Numbered from the stretch's first letter, positions 1 through 13,150 are shown. The stretch is 64,000 bases of DNA from Amoebophrya sp. A120 (GCA_905178155.1 CAJINV010000012.1:615271-679270), one strand, 5' to 3'. Notes: generated from the letters alone by a model not told the origin. A program made the numbers and translations.

Positions 1-3000
1 GTTGTAAATCTCATTCGTACCGGCCAAATTTTGCTGGAACTTGGGGAAATTTACCGCGGCCCGATTAGGATTTCGTGCCGTCCGCGTGGCGCTGCCCGAT
101 GGCCGGGTGGAAATCGCGAAACTGTGGTTGGACTGGTGAAAGTTTTCCCCGCTGGCGGCCTTTTGACGAGCAGAGGGAATAGCACCAGTCATCGAGTTCT
201 TGCTGGATGGTGCAGCAGAAGTCGTGAAAGCGATGGTAGACGCCACGACAGGTGCTGGGCGACGCTCTTCCTGCTCGCGGTCTGCACTATGTTCGTGTAT
301 TCCACCACCAGTCGCGGCAGAAGAAGTTGCAGCACTTTCATCCTTCAGCAAACTCGCCGCAGCCGTGGCGAGAAAAGAGTCGTTTCTGGCTGCCGGCGCG
401 GTTTTTGTGAACTTCTGTGAGGAAAACAAGTTCTGCTTGTTGAAAATCGCAGGCATCTTGTCCACCACGCCGGGTTCGTCACGGTGATTTGCGGCTGCAT
501 CAACGCAACTTTCTCCGTCAACAGTAGCCACAAGTTCTTGCGCCCGATCTTGAACCAAGTCGGAGGTCAGGAGAGGAAGAGTCGCTCTTATTCCTCCTGG
601 AAGATCACCCTGAAGATGAACATGTGCCTGCCTCTCGTTTTGCACCACAGCGCTCGTGGTCGTCCCGCTCGTTTTGCAATCCACCACATTCACACCACTG
701 CCGTGTTCGATCTCAGGCAACAAGATACCGGAACACACTGGCTCTGCGCCAGTGGGTATCAAATGTAAAAATGTCTGGGTCTGGAAGATTTCGAGATTTG
801 TCATGCCTATTTGCCATGATCGATGATGTCTGTGATGCATGCCGTAGCATCACAGATTTTTGGAGCGCTTTGTGATACCTCTACCGCATGAGAAATGCCT
901 TCTCCGCGTAGCACAAACTGGAGTCCTCTTGCTGTTCATGCAATACAAATTTTTTCAGAATCCACAGACAGCATCACAAGTTTACAATGTTCCAGACCCA
1001 GACATTTTTGCATTTGATAGCGGGCTGGCTGTGATCTTCCGCTTGTGAGTATGTTGTTGCGTCTTTTCCTCTATCACCTTGATTTATTTCCGAATCTGTT
1101 TTAGTATTCCCTCCTGGCGGTTGTCCAACAGCAACTCCGTTGCTGGCATTCGAAAACGATTTGTTCAGATTCAGCTTCTATCAAGTGTAAAAATGTCTGG
1201 GTCTGGAAACTTGTGATGCCGGGCGGCGTCTCATGATGAGGCTACAAATGCTGGCTCAGCATGACAAGTTTCTGAGCTCCTAGGTGTTGCCTATTCTGCA
1301 TGACAAACTGCGCTTCTGCATCACAGAAAAGCGCAGCTCTTGGGGAACGTGCATGACAGATTTAAGAGCCATGCCAGACAAGCATGACAAACATGAATTC
1401 TTCCAGACCCAGACATTTTTACAGTTGATAGCTTCGTGTTGGAGCTCGCACGCAAACTCGAGCTGCAACGGTTGAGGAAGCTGCTGAACATCCCTGCTAT
1501 GCGGTTGCTGCTGCGATTCAAAGTCGGCATTGGCGGTTGTTGCTGCTCGGAGGAACTGCCTTCTGCCGATTCTACTTCTTCTTCGCAGCTGCTGTTATCG
1601 GCTCGTTCACAGGCGGCCTGCTTGTTCCCGTTCTCTACCATGAAGTCAGGCGGCGATTCCGGGCTGCTGACAGTCTGGGCATTCATCTCAGGAAAATCCT
1701 GCTGACAGTGCCCCTTGCAGCTCAAATCCGTGTTTTTTTCGTCACAGCTGCTCGACCCGCTTTCTTCGCCTAGTTGGGTCGAACTGGAGCTAGCACCGCT
1801 CATGAACCGCAGGAAAGAAAAAGACGAGCTCATCTTGTGCCGCGGAATCGTCGGGCTCGGGGATCCGGACGTTTGCGGCCGAACTAAAGTGGTGCCCAGA
1901 ATGTTCTTTAACGGCGTGGGAGTGGTGGTTCCACGGCTGTTGGGCCGGAGAAGCTGGAGGTCTGGTGGTTGGAAGTTGTTGTGTGGGCGGTTGTTAAGGT
2001 CGACGTAGGGAGCAGTAGTAGTCGTGTGTTCTTCTTGTTGATGTTCCGCAGCTGCACTACTTCCGATTTGGTTCAGGAAAAGGGCGGAGTTCATATCTCC
2101 TGGAGACGAAATGTTGCCAACAGTGGCATGATCTCTATTCCCAACGCTGTTCACCGCCGCAGCCGCTGCGTTCGCCACAGACGCAGATGCCCAGGGGGTC
2201 AAGGGGCTGGGAAGCATAATTTGCTGCTTTCTGGCGTAGTTCTTCGCACCGTCTGCAGAGCTGCTGCCAGTGCTTGGATTGTTGCCTTCATGGCTGTTGA
2301 TTTCCCCGGGAAGTTGCATCTGCTGCACGCCGATTGGCGTCACCGGTATAATCCTGTTCGCGAGGACAGGCGGGGAGGCAACGGATAAAACGGAGTTCGC
2401 AGCTCCGTTTGTAGTGCTCGGCCCGCCCGGTGGTCCAGTACAAATTGCGCCTCCACCACCACAGCTCCCAATCGGTGGCGGCGTCCCGTTTGGAATGTGG
2501 ATTGCGTCGGTTTGGATGGGACTTGAACCCGCGGCACTGGTTATCGGAAGTTGCTGCTGTTGTTGGTGGACAACAGCCGGCAAGACCATCGGTGCAGAAT
2601 CAGCAGGAGCAGCCGCATATGAACTGCAAAAGCATCGCACTCGTATAAATACATTACAAATATCCTCAGCATGAGAAATAAAGTTTGTAATGCGGATTTG
2701 CCTGAAGAACTTCTTGAGGAAAATCCGCATCACAGATTCCATTTCCAACGCTTGCAGAAATGGAATCTGTAATGCGGATTTGCCTGAAGAACAAGATTTG
2801 TAATGCATGATTGCAATACGAGTACGATACTTTTGCACAGGATACCGCAGTATCCGTGACCTGCGCCTTGTCCCAGCCACTGACTGCGGCTTCGAGACTG
2901 TTGTTGATGAGATTGTTGCAGTGCAGCACTGCAACAATCTCCTGTTGTTATCAAAAGAAAAAAGTTCGTCGCGATCACTCATGGGCATTTTTGCAATACA

Positions 3001-6000
3001 AAATTGTCTGTCATGCGTAAAAATGCATCACAGCCACACTTCATAAGGGATTTCCCTAGTGTTTCTGCAATACAAGGAGAAGTTGCGATGCTAAAAAAAT
3101 TTGTAATGCAAAACCTGCAACTTAGTGACTGTGACAAACTTTTTTCTCTCCATAGTTGTTGCTCTACTTGTACTATCCCAGGCGTTGTCGCACAAGCCGG
3201 CGCACAAGCCGCTACCGTCGCAACAGAAGACGCTGGTGTGTGAACCTGGGACAATAGTGGCAGCTCGTCACAAACCGTTTTTGGTGTGAAAATTGTCGTG
3301 TCCGCCGGATTGCTCAGCATCCTGCTGTTCTGCTGCTGCAACTGGGAATTGTAGTGCACACCACGTGAAGATGAAAACACATTCCCGAGACTGTAGTTGT
3401 TTCCAGTTCCACTTATTGCACCATTCGCACCGATAATATCCGGGAGAGGCGTTCTTGTCGGCTTTGAATTATTTCCCCCATGGACATCAACGACAAACTG
3501 CCCGTTTGGCGTCACGATGGTTTCCGCTTGCTGATCTTGTAAAAAATTGCCGTCACAATCCTCCATATTTATCGCGATGGGCGACGGTCGAGGTTTCAAT
3601 CTCTTCCGATGATCGTTCGCCCTACCGGCGCTACCCGGGTTCGGGGTTTTCGAGGATCCAATGAAAGTGGCCGTCATGTCACTTTTCGCCAAAATGTCTC
3701 CCTCTGCCTCCGTCGCTGCGTGAAGACCCTGCTGCTCCCCCTCGTGGTTTGATTCTAGATCAAAGAACTCATTTTCCTGTTCAATCTCCATTCCGTCATT
3801 CACGGTCAAGCCGCTGAAGGTTCGGTGTGATCTGCAAGTCATCACGTCTTCGGACTTTTCGAAGTTGTTAGACATCAAACCTCCGCCGTTTTTTATCATT
3901 TTCAAAGACGTCGACCGTAAATGGTTTTCCAAGTCCCGACTCAGGCCACTTTGACTGCTGTTGCCGCCCCCGCTGATTTCGTGAAGATGTTGGTGATTTT
4001 ATGACAGTGCACAACTCCCCCTCCCCTTTATTTGAATGGCATAAGCAGCAACACAACGAGCTCCGCATGAAAAATCTGCACACGGATTTTTGTAGTACTG
4101 TTTGAGGCTCCAAAATTTGTGATGCAAACTATGCTCAGAGGCAAGATGTGGACTGAGTATTTTGCATTTACAAATGAGGGAGAGGGACAGGGGGAGTTGT
4201 GCACTCTCATAGATTTTCACCACTTCCCATTTCCACTTCCACCGCCGATTTCAAAAAATCGTCCAGCGCATTCGCCAAGTCCGGCGTTTGTGTATTAAAA
4301 AGCAAAACCTGCTCCTGTGACCCATCCACTTCAACGTCCAATGGACTACTAGGCGGGATCCGCTTCTTCCGCTTAGAAGGTGCCGCGGTGGACAGTTTCC
4401 CCCGGTCGGCACTATTCGGCGGATGAGGTGCGGGTAAAATTTGGCTGTGCGCGGTGAGGTTGACATCGTGAGCACTGATATCCGCATCGAGCGAGCCCGT
4501 GTTCGTACCCGTTCCGCCGGCGGAATTTACCGTCTTTGCGTCGTCATCGACATTTGAGGAACCACTTCCACCATACTCGGAATTGTTTTCTTGAAAGTAC
4601 ATTTGGTAGAGCTTCTGTTCCTCCAGTTGTTTTTGGTGTTTCTCCTCCTCCTCCTTCTCTATGTAGTAAAAAAGCTGCTTCCACTCCGCAATGTCATCCG
4701 CGCTGGGGTGGAGCGGGTTCGCTGTTGCTGTGCCTGCGGCTCCATGCTCTACGTCGTGAAGATGGTGGTGATGCTGAGCCGCAGTGGTCATGCTACCGTT
4801 TTGATGAAAATTTGAATCACTCTGGCCTTGTTGCGTCTCCCCTCCTCCTGCTCCTCCACCAGGATGTTGTTGAGCAGCTGCTAGTACACCATCCGGTCCT
4901 ACCGAAGGCCCAACGCCAGCAGGCGGCTGCAACCTCGCAGACCTTGGGTGGCTTGGATTCGCACCAGTTTGTCCCCGCAGGTACACCTGGCGCAACGTGT
5001 TGCCGTGCGAGTGCGGGTTAGAAGAGGTGTGCTGTTGCGGAACAAGAACATTTTGAACAGGACCTCCTACGCCAAGCTGTTGCAGACTCCCGGCGGCCGC
5101 GCCCGGCTTGTTCGCAACGACCCTGTTCGGCGATTGCGACGCCGATGCCGCAGAACGGGTACGCGGGAAGTGGTTTTGTGGTTGGGTATTTTGTACCTGT
5201 TGTGCTTGCGGCGGCGCCGGGTTCGTCGAAGAGGTCGCTGGGTTGGTGCCAACCACAATGCCACTCACCACCAGACAGCCGTTGAGGTCAGAAGCTTGCT
5301 GCTGCTGCTGCTGGTGCTGCTGTAGCTCTCCCGGTGTTGGGTCTGCATTGCAGCTGTTGACAACTACTCCCAGGGGCTGAAGCAGGAACGGGGGTGGGGG
5401 AATTACAGTGTTGGCTGATGTAGTTGCGCTATTAGAAGTTGTGCTGGTACCTGGTGGTACAACGGCTCCTATTTCTGATTGATCTCCCACTTGATCCACC
5501 CCACCTGCGACTGTAATCATCGGACTACTTGTTTTGCTGGCAGTAATGTTCGCTCCAGCCGCCGCCGCTGCCCACGGAGCATTCATGGACACATCTTTTC
5601 TGAATTGTTCGAAGTCACCTTTGCTCTCTTTATTCCCTTGATCATGATGCCCGGAAGTTTTTGTAGCCCCTGCTTCTACTTCTGCACGTTGATTCTTCTG
5701 TGTCTGTCCGTTCGATGCCGTGCTGGACGTTCTCTCCAGCATGGAGTTCGAGGAAGACAGCTTCCGGTGTGCTGTCAAATGTGCTGGAAGTGGAGCCCCA
5801 AGCTGCTGCCCACCGAGTTGCTGCGAGGCACTGTGTTGATTATTCGCCAATACAGCTGCATTGTTCCCGTGTTGGTGCTCGACAGCCCCCGTGCCGCCGC
5901 GCAGGCCATTCGTACTCGGCGGTCGTATTATCCCGCTTGGTGTCAGGCTCGTGCCGCTGTGCCTTCTTGTAGGCCTTTGGGGCGTCCGGGGTAACACTTG

Positions 6001-8181
6001 GTTGTTGACCAAATTGATCTGCATGTTGCAAGACCCCGTTTGCTGGTGGTGGTTTTGATGTTGGCCATTGTTCACACTGTAGCTCATGATCCCGTTGTTG
6101 TGATGCTGATGCTGCATCAGAGCTCCGGTGCTAGCAGCGATGTGCTGGACTCTTGGCGTCGTTAAGGAAGACGTGGTGATCATGCAATTCTGCGCGTAGC
6201 TGTTGATCTGGTGATATTGATCACCGTTCATGCCGCCACTTCCTGAAATGGAACTACCACCGCCTGCGTTACTTCCGTAGAAGTAGCTCTGCACTTGCGG
6301 TAGTCTCTCCAGCACGTGCTTCGCACTGGGCCGGTGGGCCGGGTTGGGCTGCAACATAGAGCTGATCAGCATCGAGAGCACAGAGTTGTAGTGATAAGCG
6401 ATCGCGTTGTTGCCGATAGTACCCGGCGCGCTGCTGTTGGAGTTGTTGTTTGTGCTGCTTCCGCCACTCGTCGTCCCAGAGGAATTTGACGCGGTTCCGC
6501 TGCTCACACTGTTGACTACATTATTCAGCACATTTTCGATTTTCGGAGGTCCCCGGTACACTTGCCGACAAATCTCCACCAGATTCCGCCCGTCAAACGG
6601 GGGTTTCGTCGTGCACACTTCGAAGATGCAACACCCGAGGGAGAAAATGTCGATCTTGTTACTGTAGCTCTTGTTGCTCCAGACCTCCGGGGCGGCGTAG
6701 ACTGGTGAGCCGACGTTCGTATTCGCCATTCCCCGGGTTGACTTCAACATTCGACACACCCCGAAATCCGCCAGGTACACCTGTTTCTGGTCGTGGGACA
6801 GGAGAATGTTGGAGGGCTTGATGTCCCGATGGAGAATGGAGAGAGAATATCAAGCAAAAAAGTGTTAACGTTAATGGTTTTGGGGCATTGCAGTCATGCG
6901 TGACAGATTTTCGCTATCATGCATGCTATGCAATACAAATTTGGGCATCATTTATCGTGCATTCCTGCATGCCAAATTCCGTTAACGTTACCACTTTTTA
7001 GTGTGATAGAGAATGGATGTGGGAGAGCGCCTCAAGTAACTGCTTGAACCACGAAGCGACTTTCCGCTCTGGGATCGGCTTTTTGCAGTTTCTGTTCCTG
7101 CGCTCGTTCATATGACAGTGCACAACTCCCCCTCCCCCTCATTTGTCATGCAAAGTGCCTAGTTTACGCCTTGGCTCTTGGCAATGTTTGCATGACAAGT
7201 TCTGGCAGCCCAAATAGCACTACACTCCTGTCCAAATTTGTCATGCAAAACCTGTACTCTTACTGACGCTTGTATTGCTGTTCATGCAATACGAATGAGG
7301 GGGAGGGGGAGTTGTGCTTGTGCACTCTCATAGTTCAAGAAGAGGTTCAGGTCGCCGCCGTCGATGTACTGTGGAATTTGTCATGCGAAACGTGGAACAA
7401 AGTAAAGGGATGTGATGGCACAAGCACTATCTAGTAGATATAAAAAAGCGCATGAGTGACAGACTTGCAAGCCGGTATGAAAATAAAACTATCAGGACTG
7501 AAGTAGTACCTGCAGCAGCAGAAATATCGTGTAGTTTGTCACTTGGACCCAGTAGCACCGTACGATGTTGGGGTGTTGGATTTTCTGCAGAATCGACCCT
7601 TCCTCCAGCGTATGAAATGCAAAAGCATCGTACTAGTATGAATTGCAATACAAATTGACTTATAGCACTACGAAATAAAATTTGTAATGCTCTTTTACCT
7701 TGGCAAAGAGATTTGTCATGCATAACAGCCATGAATTACTACGAGTACGATACTTTTGCAGAGCATAAAGCGCCAGGTCCTTGTGTTTCTCTGATTGTAG
7801 ATCCGAAAAACAATATTGTTTCAATGCGTACTGCTTCTTCCGGCCATTTTGAATCAAATCCACTTGACCGAAGGCGCCCCGGCCAAGCGACTTGATGGTC
7901 TGGAAGCGGTCTGGGGGTGGGGGTGGGGGGTTTGCAACTGCGTGATCCACTGAAGCAGCTGCAGCTGCTTCTGAAAGTTGGTGGTGGTGCTGGGCCGGAG
8001 GCCGAGGCTGTTGGGGACTGCTGGCGCCATTATTTGTGGTCAACATGATCTCAGGGTCAGGTCGTTGTGCAGCACCGGCTCCCGGCTGTTGTAGATCTCG
8101 GGCGCTTGTTGTTTCGAAAGGACTTGCGGCACCAGAGGTTCTTGAGGACGAGGGTGGATGTACAACTTCGGTGAAGGTCAT
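1..8181 (-). CDS. NEK/NIMA-like Ser/Thr protein kinase with very long low-complexity C-terminal tail; spliced, 3' end runs off the window start
   Basis: After removing 8 introners and 1 GT-AG intron the kinase motifs join in frame: LGRGAFGQV, YALKQ, LQKIQHPNIV, LLQ|YIDGGDL, ILHRDIKPSNILL, LADFG, VGSPVYAAPEVW, DIFSLGC. The frame stays open to position 1. Confidence 0.9.
757..1019. mobile_element. introner family A (TIR TATCAAATGTAAAAATGTCTGGGTCTGGAA), interior type A2
   Basis: TIRs; TSD gtggg/gcggg; removal restores the frame. Confidence 0.9.
1179..1430. mobile_element. introner family A, interior A3
   Basis: TIRs; TSD gcttc/gcttc; similar to 55925-56176. Confidence 0.92.
2618..2844. mobile_element. 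introner family B (TIR TATxxxxTGCAAAAGTATCGTACTCGTA) with an extra internal hairpin
   Basis: TIRs; TSD ccgca/ccgca. Confidence 0.92.
2949..3154. mobile_element. introner family C (TATC..AAAAAAGTTCGTCxCGATCACT)
   Basis: Imperfect TIRs; TSD gttgt/gttgt; near-identical copies at 55539 and 60004. Confidence 0.92.
4000..4211. mobile_element. introner family D (TATGAxAGTGCACAACTCCCCCTCCCC)
   Basis: TIRs; TSD gattt/gattt. Confidence 0.92.
6848..7008. mobile_element. introner family E (TATC..AAAAAGTGTTAACGTTAA)
   Basis: TIRs; TSD gagaa/gagaa; lies just upstream of the kinase HRD motif. Confidence 0.9.
7111..7332. mobile_element. introner family D
   Basis: TIRs; TSD gttca/gttca. Confidence 0.92.
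7369..7509 (-). other. canonical GT-AG intron in the kinase gene
   Basis: cag|GTACTA...CCACAG|tac joins LLLQ to YIDGGDL. Confidence 0.85.
7611..7767. mobile_element. introner family B
   Basis: TIRs; TSD cagcg/aagcg. Confidence 0.9.
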
Positions 8182-8909
8182 TTTGTTCTTTCTCGAGAAA
8201 GCAATTGCAGCTGTGCTTCCGAGGACACCAATGTGGCTTTACCCCATCATCTCTCTTGTCCGAGACCGGACCCTACTAACTAGTACAAGCTCCACGGGTA
8301 ATAATTTACAGTGAAAACAAGCACGATAAAAAGCTAGTTCGTTCAGCTGAACAACATACACTTCACACAGCCATCGATTTCTATACGACCGGAGACTACA
8401 TCGGAAAAGCGGTCTGCTTCCCATCAAGGGATTCTCTTCAACGAAAACAACACTCTAGCTTTTGCAACTTTTGTCACTCGCTCGAGCTTGAACTTTGACG
8501 TCGCTCTGCAGTTCGAAACTGCTGGTGCTGCTAGTCCTTCGCAAAACGTTTTGCTGATTCTAGCACTATCTTAGACGGCAAAAGATAAAGAAGTCGCTAC
8601 GAAGAAAGAGTCTGAAGCATTCCAAATATTTCTACTTTCGCTCACGATGGAGAACCATGAATCTGCCTCAAACTGTCAAGTCTGTATGCCGTACTATAAT
8701 CAATGATGCTCGAAATCGAAGATAGAAATGCTGCTTCTTTTTACTCCGAAAGAACGAACAGGAGATAACCAAGACAAGAGCACTTACGACGAAAGAACGC
8801 CAGCACGACAAGTAAATCTCGTCCACAGCAGTTTCTTTTCTTTTCATGTCTGTATGTGTATTTGTTCCGCTAATTTTATTCAGTCGCTTGAAATTTTGAT
8901 TCTTCAACA

Positions 8910-11900
8910 TCAGACGTAGACTGTCGCGTCCATCTGCATGCAGAAGTCTTCAACTCGCGGAAAACAGTTTTCTCTCGGCACCACCAACTTGTTGTGGTGT
9001 ATCGTCAGGTACCCCTTCATCCCCCCGTAGCTTATCAGCTGGCTCAGCACCGTTTCGACCTCTGCAGCAGAGTCGTACTGGGCCGTGATATCCTCCGTTT
9101 GGACCTTCGTCGGGCACTCCGAGATCAAAAACTGTCGGAAGCAGGAAACGACCAAAGACAGGTCAATCTTCAGGGACTTCGGCGGCGCGGCGGGTTTGGG
9201 GTAGAGTTCGGGAAACTCAGTCTGCATCTGCGCCGTGCAGAGCTCGTGACACTTGATGATTCTGCGAATGAACTGCCGAGTCACAATGTGCTTCACTTGG
9301 GACATCAGATTCACGATACCTGGATAGTTTCACAATTCGGGGAAAGTTGTTTTTGCCTTGTAAGGAAGTAGTCAAGAAGAAGCATAGATACCACTAGCAA
9401 GGGACTGATGCTTTCTTGCAGTGTCGTGGGGGCTACAGCAACAGCAACACAATTACGACAGAACCATGTCAGAATCATGAATCAAACACCACGACAAGAA
9501 GAAATCATCTAAAAACTATACCAAGTTTGACAAAAACCAGTGTCTGGTCCTGGCTGGCCTTCTCGTATTTCACCAAATCCCCCGCTTTTATCGCGTTGAT
9601 GATCCGACCGAAAATTGCCTCCAGCTCGTACTTTTTCAAAAGAGCCTTCGACGGCAAATACCCTTTCCGTATCCTCAACGGGATCAAGAAATGCAGCATC
9701 TGCCTTTTCTGCTCGTAGTGGTCGTTTCGCGTCGCGCCAGAGATCAAGTTCATGGTGGATGAGGTTTGGGGAAGCTATGCACTGCAAAAGCATCGCATTC
9801 GTATAAATGGAAGTCTTGCATGACAGATCTGCTCTTTTCATCCCTGAAGCTGCATTACAAATTTCATTGTCGCTTTTGGAAAAATTTGCCATGTGATTTC
9901 TACTAAAGGCGATACTTGTGCAATGCATAAAAACATGTTGGAGTTGAAACTGTCCCGCATCAGCTGGCTGTAGCCCCAGGAAATTTTCCGCTCCGCCTCA
10001 GCGTAATTGCCGGATTGGACCTGGAGACCAGTTTCGTTTGATTTCAACGCGCAAAACATCACAACATAACACACAGCGCTACTTCTCGTACTTTACAAGA
10101 TATCATGATACAACACCAGAGCTACTGTCTCCGCGTTTCGATTTTCATCAAAATGAACAGCTCCGATCGAAAATCAATAAAGGTAGAATAAACACCAAAA
10201 ACTTCTCAGTTTACCAGACAAACACCCCAGTAGTAACTGAGCGTGACACTGACAGCGGGAGGAACTCCGGCCGTTGGGAAGCCCGGTCCCATCCTCTTCA
10301 GGCTCTTGTATCCTGACTAAAACTGTTCCCACACCAGAGGCAAGATGGGAAATCTGCTAGACAAATCCACCAGCTTTGGTTGTTTCGCATGACATGTCTG
10401 TCCCCGTATTGTAATCCTGTTTAGCTAGTTCCGAAGCATCACAGATCTAGCCCAGCATGCTAATTCGAGCATCACAAATTCCACAACACGACTAGAAAAT
10501 GGCTCTCATGGGGCGTCGCATGAGACACTTTTTCGGCATGCAGATTTGCATGACAACTCTGGGGGGTGGGAACGTTTTTACTCAGAATATCTTGTCGCCC
10601 GGTTTTATGCCCATCTGCTGCAAATGCAGCTGCTCGAGCTGCTGCACGTTTCGCAAAATTTGCTCGACTAGCGACACCTGGAACATCGCGAGGCAGCACC
10701 GAACCAATTCTGTGGTCGTCGACAAAAACCCGGCGCGCTTCTGCTTCTCCCGGACCATCTCTCCGAAGATTTTTCGGAGGTGCTCAACCAGCTTGTTCAT
10801 GTTTTCATTGGTGTCCGTTGATTGGGAGTTGAAGTGTAAGTCGATGTTTTCCGCCTGCTCCCGGGCCCAGGCGAGAAGCACTTGGAAAGCCGGTATCATC
10901 CAGATGTGGTTCTCGTACTGGTCTCTGGTGTTGCAGTACAAGGTCGACCAGTCCCGGAGTGCGAGGTAGCAGTGTTCTGTTATTTGGAGGAAATTATAAA
11001 GGCCGCTTTTGCTACTTTTCAGTGAATACATACAACTAGTGAGGAGGCAACATCAACATCGGATCAAAAAAAGAAGACATTAGACAAACAACGCTTATTT
11101 CTAGATAAAAGCTAGCATCATAGTCTGTAGTACGCAAGCTCTCGCACATCAGTGGTTTTGCCTTTGGGTTCAGACCGTAGTGCAGCGCCTCGCAGTAGAT
11201 CTTGACCATCTTCACGTAGTTTACGACAAAAGAGGACAACGGCTTTTTCATTTCTTTTGCGTCCTCGAAATTTTTCGAAAACGGGGACCCATCATGAAGT
11301 GCAAAAGTATCGTACTCGTAGCAGTTATCGCAATCGTGCATGACAAGTCTCTTCCTCAAGGCAAATCAGCATGACAGATTTCCTCTCTCATTCTGAGAAG
11401 ATTTGTATTGCAAGTACTACTAGTACGTCAATACTTTTGCAGTTCATACCCGTTCTGCGCGAACGAGAGCTGGTCAATTCCCCGCTGCACGCTTATGGAG
11501 TTCTCAACTGTTACATTCTCAACTGTTGCATGAATTTGTAATGCAAGAATGGGATGAAAAGTCAAAGAGGGGAGGTTGCACCTGTAGCATGACAAATATC
11601 TAGTTGCTGTTTAGCCTTTCGAAAATTTGTCATGCGAAGTAGCTTGACTGTGAGAATGTTGGCCGTCATTTTGCATGACAAATCATGTAACAGTTGAGAG
11701 TGTAACGTTTGAGAATCCCATAACGCTCGCTTCTATTGCCTCCTTCGTTTTTCCCCGGACCATTTGCTGCTTGTCCCCCCAGTCCGGGCCGCGGATGGAG
11801 ACACAAACCGCGAGCTCCTCACGGCGTTCCGCCGCCATGAGATTTGCGAAGTTGAAGGAAAACTGGGCAATTTCGTCCTGGTTCCGCTGGTTGTACATCA

Positions 11901-12051
11901 TGTTAGGGTTCCGCGTGTTGTATTTGTTGAGGGTTGGGTAGGGATGCGCTTTGTTCATGTTGTTTCGGTTGCCTCCCTTCCCACCGGACATACCGCCCCG
12001 GGGAAAGGAGGAGCTCGAGCTCCCGCCGGTCATCTGCTGCTGGCCCCACAT
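8910..12051 (-). CDS. PCID2: PCI-domain protein PCID2/Thp1/CSN12-like (TREX-2 subunit), about 582 aa spliced
   Basis: Motifs VTLSYYWG, KRQMLHFLIPLRIRKGYLPSKALLKKYEL and GGMKGYLTIHHNKLVVPRENCFP resemble PCID2. Removing 4 introners (+1 TSD each) and 3 GT-AG introns leaves 1749 nt, which is 583 codons. Confidence 0.85.
9320..9521 (-). other. canonical GT-AG intron (PCID2)
   Basis: g|GTATAG...TCCAG|gt joins VKLG to IVNLMSQ. Confidence 0.8.
9776..9929. mobile_element. introner family B, diverged
   Basis: Partial TIRs; TSD gaagc/aaaac; frame restored. Confidence 0.8.
10021..10214 (-). other. canonical GT-AG intron (PCID2)
   Basis: ctg|GTAAAC...TCCAG|gtc joins YYWGVCL to VQSGNYAEA. Confidence 0.8.
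10309..10589. mobile_element. introner family F (TATCCTGAGTAAAAACGTxCCCACxCC)
   Basis: TIRs; TSD tcttg/tcttg; inverted homolog of 19270-19548. Confidence 0.9.
10977..11133 (-). other. canonical GT-AG intron (PCID2)
   Basis: c|GTACTA...AACAG|aa keeps the frame. Confidence 0.7.
11293..11448. mobile_element. introner family B (left end CATG)
   Basis: TIRs; TSD cccat/cccgt. Confidence 0.85.
11494..11722. mobile_element. introner family G (TATGG..TTCTCAAxxGTTACATTCTCAACTGTT)
   Basis: TIRs; TSD acgct/acgct; homolog at 27009. Confidence 0.92.
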
Positions 12052-12128
12052 AGTGTTGTAGAAAGGATTTACTTACTTTCGTGTCGCTTAAGGTAGAGGG
12101 AAATTATGTGTCTCAGGCAATAAATTAA

Positions 12129-12251
12129 ATTGAAGACGTCAAACTCATGTCGCCCATTAGGTCTAGATTGAAGACGTCAAAACTATTAGGTCTAGTAAAT
12201 ATAAATTGAAGACGTCAAACTATCATAGAAATTATCGCCCATTAGGTCTAG
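12129..12251. repeat. modular short repeats upstream of PCID2
   Basis: 3x ATTGAAGACGTCAAA interleaved with 3x ATTAGGTCTAG. Confidence 0.75.
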
Positions 12252-13150
12252 GATTAGAAGTGTGATTTCATAAATAGCGCTTTTTTTGTCGCCTGATTTC
12301 AGAAAATCATCAAATAGTGTGTAGTTGCCTGAAACTGGTGGCATTTGTGTCTACTCAAGTACTACATGATGCGGAGCCTCTACTTACTTCGGTTTCGCCT
12401 TCGACTGGCTTGTGCTCAGGAGGTAGTGGGGCAAGCAGGTCGTAAAGACTTTGTTACTTCTGGGAACAAAGAGGATCGCGCTTCCATCTATCAATTATTG
12501 ATCAAGTAGTCGGCTCTCAAAGACAGGTGCGATACATGGACCGGAACCACGATAGCTGCGAGATTGTAAGTTGAGGTCGTTCATCAATTTCCAAATCTAT
12601 TGTTGGGTGCCGCTTCATGCACTCTGCATGTTGAGCAATATCGAAAACAGAAACAAGAGTTGCGATGATTGAACATCGTTTGACGGTGCTATCATGCCGC
12701 TCCAACAGAGCGCAGATAGAGATGAAGTGAGCGAAAAACTGCTGCGCCTCAGCACGTTCTGGTGGTTCCAAATCTTTTTTATGTCATCAAAGCAAAAAGT
12801 ACGTCATCGGGAAGTGGTGGTGAAAACATCTGAGCTTGTCGATTGAAATGGCGCGGCAAAACGTGAAGTTCTTGTTGTTCTTCTTCGTGTATACCCTCTT
12901 GAGCGGTGCATGTCTGTATTCTCGGGGAGAGAGTGAGAGCAAATGTCTCAACGAACTGTAGTAGTCAAACTCAACATAGTGGAGTTCAACTTGTTTGTGC
13001 TGGAGACCTAGGTCGCTTGGTGTTTCATTGCATCTCCACAACACCAACTCCACTGTCTTGTTCCTTCTACCCCGCGGCAAGAACTTGGTCCTTGTTACCT
13101 CCACACGCGGCTCCTCCACACACCATCTCCGTTTCAATACTACATTTCCA

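Noticed and set aside
757-1430. Tc1/mariner MITEs with TA target duplication
   Set aside because: The TA belongs to the TAT/ATA termini. A separate, variable 5-bp duplication lies outside it at most copies, and frame restoration needs 5 nt removed.
4207-6780. ORF-track entries as separate genes (857 aa, 317 aa, 555 aa etc.)
   Set aside because: Their starts and stops lie inside or next to introners. They are exons of one kinase gene, and the same applies to the DPH6 and FkbM regions.
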